NCBI GenBank assembly: GCA_963676615.1
Contig: OY781092.1
Location: forward strand, 672,001-736,000
Source: Candidatus Cloacimonadota bacterium
GTDB taxonomy: Bacteria > Cloacimonadota > Cloacimonadia > G963667145
DNA length: 64,000 bases
Direction of reading: 5' to 3'
Below the pieces are notes generated by a model. It made no database searches. It was not told where the DNA came from and saw only the letters and a list, made by a program, of their open reading frames with translations. This document shows, in pieces, positions 62,344 to 64,000 of this stretch. The translations under genes and the position numbers were made by a program. The stretch's first letter is position 1, and the number at the start of each line of letters is the position of its first letter.

Positions 62344-62979
62344 ATGAATAAAACACAACTATCGCTTCTGCGCAGGCTATCAAAATATCTGCTGATTTTA
62401 CGCCAAAAAGAAGATAACAACCACAAAATCGTCTCCTCGGCGGAACTTGGCATAATGAGCGACACTCACAACTCTCAGGTGCGCAGAGATTTTGGCACTA
62501 TCGGCTTGCAAAGCAGCCCTCGCGTTGGCATACACATCCGCAAAGCAATCAAGGCGATCGAAAATTTTTTGCAACTCAATCGGCTCAACCCCGCTTTTCT
62601 TGTCGGTGTCGGCAACATCGGCAAAGCTGTCCTCAAGCACGATTACCAAAATTTTGGTGTAGAAATTTTGGCAGGTTTCGACACAGATTTGAGCCTAACC
62701 AGCACGCAAATCGCAGGCGTCAAAATTTTCCCTTTGGAAAATTTCAGTCTTTTGGCAAAAAGAATGAGCGTCCACATCGGCATTATCTGCACCCCAGCAA
62801 ACCACGCCCAAAGCGTCGCCGATTTGATGATAGAAGCAAGCATAAAAGGCATCTGGAACTTTTCTCCCGCCAAACTAATCGTCCCCGCAAGCGTTACAGT
62901 GGAAAATGTCGATTTATACTCAGGCCTCGCCGTGCTTTGCAAATCGGTCACGCAAACGGCTAAAACTCTTGACACATAA
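62344..62979 (+). CDS. rex: Redox-sensing transcriptional repressor Rex
   Basis: RRLSKY, VSS.EL, QVRRDF, LVGVGNIG, GIWNFSP. Confidence 0.9.
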   Translation: MNKTQLSLLRRLSKYLLILRQKEDNNHKIVSSAELGIMSDTHNSQVRRDFGTIGLQSSPRVGIHIRKAIKAIENFLQLNRLNPAFLVGVGNIGKAVLKHDYQNFGVEILAGFDTDLSLTSTQIAGVKIFPLENFSLLAKRMSVHIGIICTPANHAQSVADLMIEASIKGIWNFSPAKLIVPASVTVENVDLYSGLAVLCKSVTQTAKTLDT

Positions 62980-63017
62980 GCCCTAGAATAAATTTTGCAA
63001 AAAAAAATGGACGGTAT

Positions 63018-64000
63018 ATGAATTGGAAATGCTACAGCTTGGGCTGTTTAACCTCATTTATTCTGCTAGCGCTAGCCCTGTGCGGCTTGGTGGTTCTCGC
63101 TGTTTCCGTCGTTCCCAAAATCAAAACCGACCACAAATCCGAACTAAAAGAAAAAAGCTATCTGTTGGTTGATCTTGACCGAAAATTTTTGAGCTACCAA
63201 AACTCTTCCCCTTTTGACTGGGACGACGAGCCGCCGCTTGCTTTAGATGTCTTGCAAGAAAAAATCGCACAAGCAGCACAAGACCCAAAAATCGAAGGCG
63301 TTATCGTTAAATCTGCAAAAATCACCCCGCTTAACTACGCCAAAGCCGACCAAGTCTCCAAAATTTTGCAAAATTTCAAAAGCTCTTGCGACAAAAAAGT
63401 TTTCGCCTACCTCTACTCTTGCACCGACGCCAAATTTTTGATCGCGTCCGTTGCCGACGAAATCTACCTCAACCCCTCTAGCGCCGCTGGCATCTCCTTT
63501 TTGGGAATTAACGCCAAAAAGCTATACCTAAAGCCTTTGCTCGACAAACTGGGCGTTGATGTGCGTGTCGTCCGCACAGGCAGCTACAAATCTTACGGCG
63601 AAATTTTTACCCAAAATCAGATGAGCCAAGCCGCCCAGCAAGAAACAAAAAAAGTTTACGGCGCTTTTTTTGCTCAATACCAAAATCAACTGGCAAAAAA
63701 TCTTGGCAAAAAATTAAGCTCCATTCAAAGCCTCTTTTCCAATCCTCAAAGCGTCGTTTTGAGCGGAGCAGAAGCGCTGAGCGTCATCGATTCTCTGGCT
63801 TACTACGACAACTTTTTGGCTGCAAACAAAATCAAAAATGTTGTAACTTTATCAAAATACGAACTCGGAGAAAACGAAATTTCCAGCGAAAATAAAGTCG
63901 CTATCGTTTATCTGGAAGGCTCGATAGTCTCACAAACCGAAGATTTCGGGGAAAATATAGATTTCCAAACGACCAAAAAAATCTTTGCTAAAATCGAAAA
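63018..64000 (+). CDS. sppA: Signal peptide peptidase SppA (long form), 3'-truncated by window edge
   Basis: Hand translation: N-terminal TM helix, AAQDPKIEG, ASVADEIYLNP, LDKLGV, GSYKSYGE, KVAIVYLEG. Confidence 0.85.
   Translation, partial: MNWKCYSLGCLTSFILLALALCGLVVLAVSVVPKIKTDHKSELKEKSYLLVDLDRKFLSYQNSSPFDWDDEPPLALDVLQEKIAQAAQDPKIEGVIVKSAKITPLNYAKADQVSKILQNFKSSCDKKVFAYLYSCTDAKFLIASVADEIYLNPSSAAGISFLGINAKKLYLKPLLDKLGVDVRVVRTGSYKSYGEIFTQNQMSQAAQQETKKVYGAFFAQYQNQLAKNLGKKLSSIQSLFSNPQSVVLSGAEALSVIDSLAYYDNFLAANKIKNVVTLSKYELGENEISSENKVAIVYLEGSIVSQTEDFGENIDFQTTKKIFAKIE

Overview
A 64 kb, gene-dense, A/T-rich stretch of a diderm anaerobic bacterium (kdsA, MlaE/MlaF, beta-barrel proteins, lipoproteins, oadGAB, ptb, gdhA, rex). 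The gene set suggests an FCB-group lineage such as Cloacimonadota, but that is inference only. Most of the window is housekeeping genes in long, scrambled, often overlapping minus-strand runs (fusA, dnaB, gmk, addA-like, polA, pgk, dinG, queA, groEL, obgE and others), plus tRNA-Lys(CTT) and tRNA-Glu(CTC). The best candidate for a new system is a three-gene putative chitin-capture cassette at 816-5739: an unknown outer-membrane beta-barrel, a GH18 chitinase lipoprotein, and a lipoprotein built from alternating Ig-like and CBM5/12-like modules, with no SusC/SusD. Items not evident from the ORF track: a SAM-II-type riboswitch over the metK ribosome-binding site, a CIRCE operator before an orphan groEL, a 31-aa bS22-like ribosomal protein gene, a 42-aa CXXC membrane peptide in a redox module, a probable ATA start for queA, a GcvH-like protein lacking its lipoyl lysine, a PGK with altered substrate motifs, a structured REP-like element, and promoters with perfect TTGACA but a non-canonical -10. 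No CRISPR array, rRNA, integrase or transposase was seen. All family calls come from motifs read by eye, not from database searches.
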